DNA from: an uncultured Candidatus Poseidoniales archaeon
GTDB lineage: Archaea; Thermoplasmatota; Poseidoniia; Poseidoniales; Thalassarchaeaceae
NCBI GenBank assembly: GCA_963934015.1
Contig: CAWVWT010000001.1
Location: forward strand, 120,574-184,573
Direction of reading: 5' to 3'
Length of the DNA: 64,000 bases
Translations under genes and position numbers: made by a program
The notes under the pieces: generated by a model
What the model saw: the letters and a program-made list of their open reading frames with translations, nothing else
Databases searched by the model: none
What the model was told of the DNA's origin: nothing
Shown here: positions 63,752 to 64,000 of the stretch, piece by piece
How the letters are laid out: each line of letters begins with the position of its first letter
How positions within the stretch are numbered: position 1 is the first letter of the stretch

Positions 63752-64000
63752 GATGATGCGGGGTGGGGGCGAGGTCGCCAGTGCACGAAAAGTGCGTGAT
63801 GAACAAGGGGTGACTGCAGTTGTTGAGTTCCTTTCTGCCTTTGTTCTGTTTCTAGTCATTGTCAGTGCTTTTCTCGCACTCAGCCAACTGAAACTTGGCA
63901 GCAATATCGCCGATGTTGATCGCATGGATCAAATGGCAATTGATGGCCTTGAAAAACTAACCGATTCCAAGGGGCATGTCGTCCTAAGAAATGCAGGTAT
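63752..64000 (+). CDS. Partial (5' part only) archaeal pilin-like/class III signal peptide protein
   Basis: MMRGGGEVASARKVRDEQGVTAVVEFLSAFVLFLVIVSAFLALSQ... has a charged N-region followed by a hydrophobic stretch, resembling haloarchaeal prepilin-like N-termini. The ORF runs off the window end. Confidence 0.35.

Noticed and set aside
63740-63925. 61-aa minus-strand ORF near the window end
   Set aside because: It overlaps the better-supported plus-strand pilin-like ORF and the divergent promoter region. Its basic, low-complexity translation is typical of antisense noise.

Overview
This is a 64 kb window from a halophilic archaeon. Nearly every protein is strongly acidic (D/E-rich), GC is about 48%, and the machinery is archaeal: PolD small subunit, gyrBA, and a tRNA-Glu that is nearly identical in architecture to Haloferax tRNA-Glu. 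Together with PilA-type pilin N-termini this points to Halobacteria, possibly Haloquadratum-like. Content from start to end:

- 1-3.2 kb: partial pcm (minus), tRNA-Val(TAC), a CinA C-domain protein, PolD DP1.
- 3.2-18.4 kb: a starch/alpha-glucan utilisation island. It holds a 1491-aa membrane-anchored GH57 amylopullulanase-like enzyme, a GH77 amylomaltase, a GT35 alpha-glucan phosphorylase and a 1040-aa anchored GH13 amylase. A CUT1-type ABC importer sits in one operon with it: a short MalK-like ATPase, a MalG-like permease with an extra N-terminal 3-TM block, and a substrate-binding protein fused in frame to a MalF-like permease. A SerB-like HAD phosphatase follows.
- 19.3-33.1 kb: one giant (~4600 aa) secreted beta-helix/cadherin-like surface protein. 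Its C-terminal TM anchor runs on in frame, with no stop, into a complete PilA-type pilin module.
- 33.5-42.2 kb: a 1087-aa anchored surface protein, then a MacB/FtsX-type ABC exporter with a 1543-aa permease and its ATPase.
- 42.3-49.2 kb: MoaD/SAMP-like protein, TatA, Nob1-like PIN/Zn-ribbon protein, DedA protein, tRNA-Glu(TTC), an untracked 45-aa Cys-rich ORF, an Smr-domain membrane protein and a DUF2085 protein. After these comes a minus-strand operon: membrane-anchored glutaminyl cyclase, membrane protein, and a Tmk-like protein with a degenerate P-loop plus a basic 230-aa extension.
- 49.2-54.3 kb: a 1385-aa PKD-domain HExxH metalloprotease and a downstream unknown protein.
- 54.3-64 kb: aroD, gyrB-gyrA, tRNA-Ser(GCT), a 1119-aa anchored surface protein, and a partial pilin-like gene at the window edge.

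No rRNA, CRISPR array, transposase or integrase is visible. Several perfect GC-rich stem-loops lie in intergenic regions. Almost every extracellular protein in the window shares the same C-terminal anchor: TM helix, then R/K residues, then an acidic tail.
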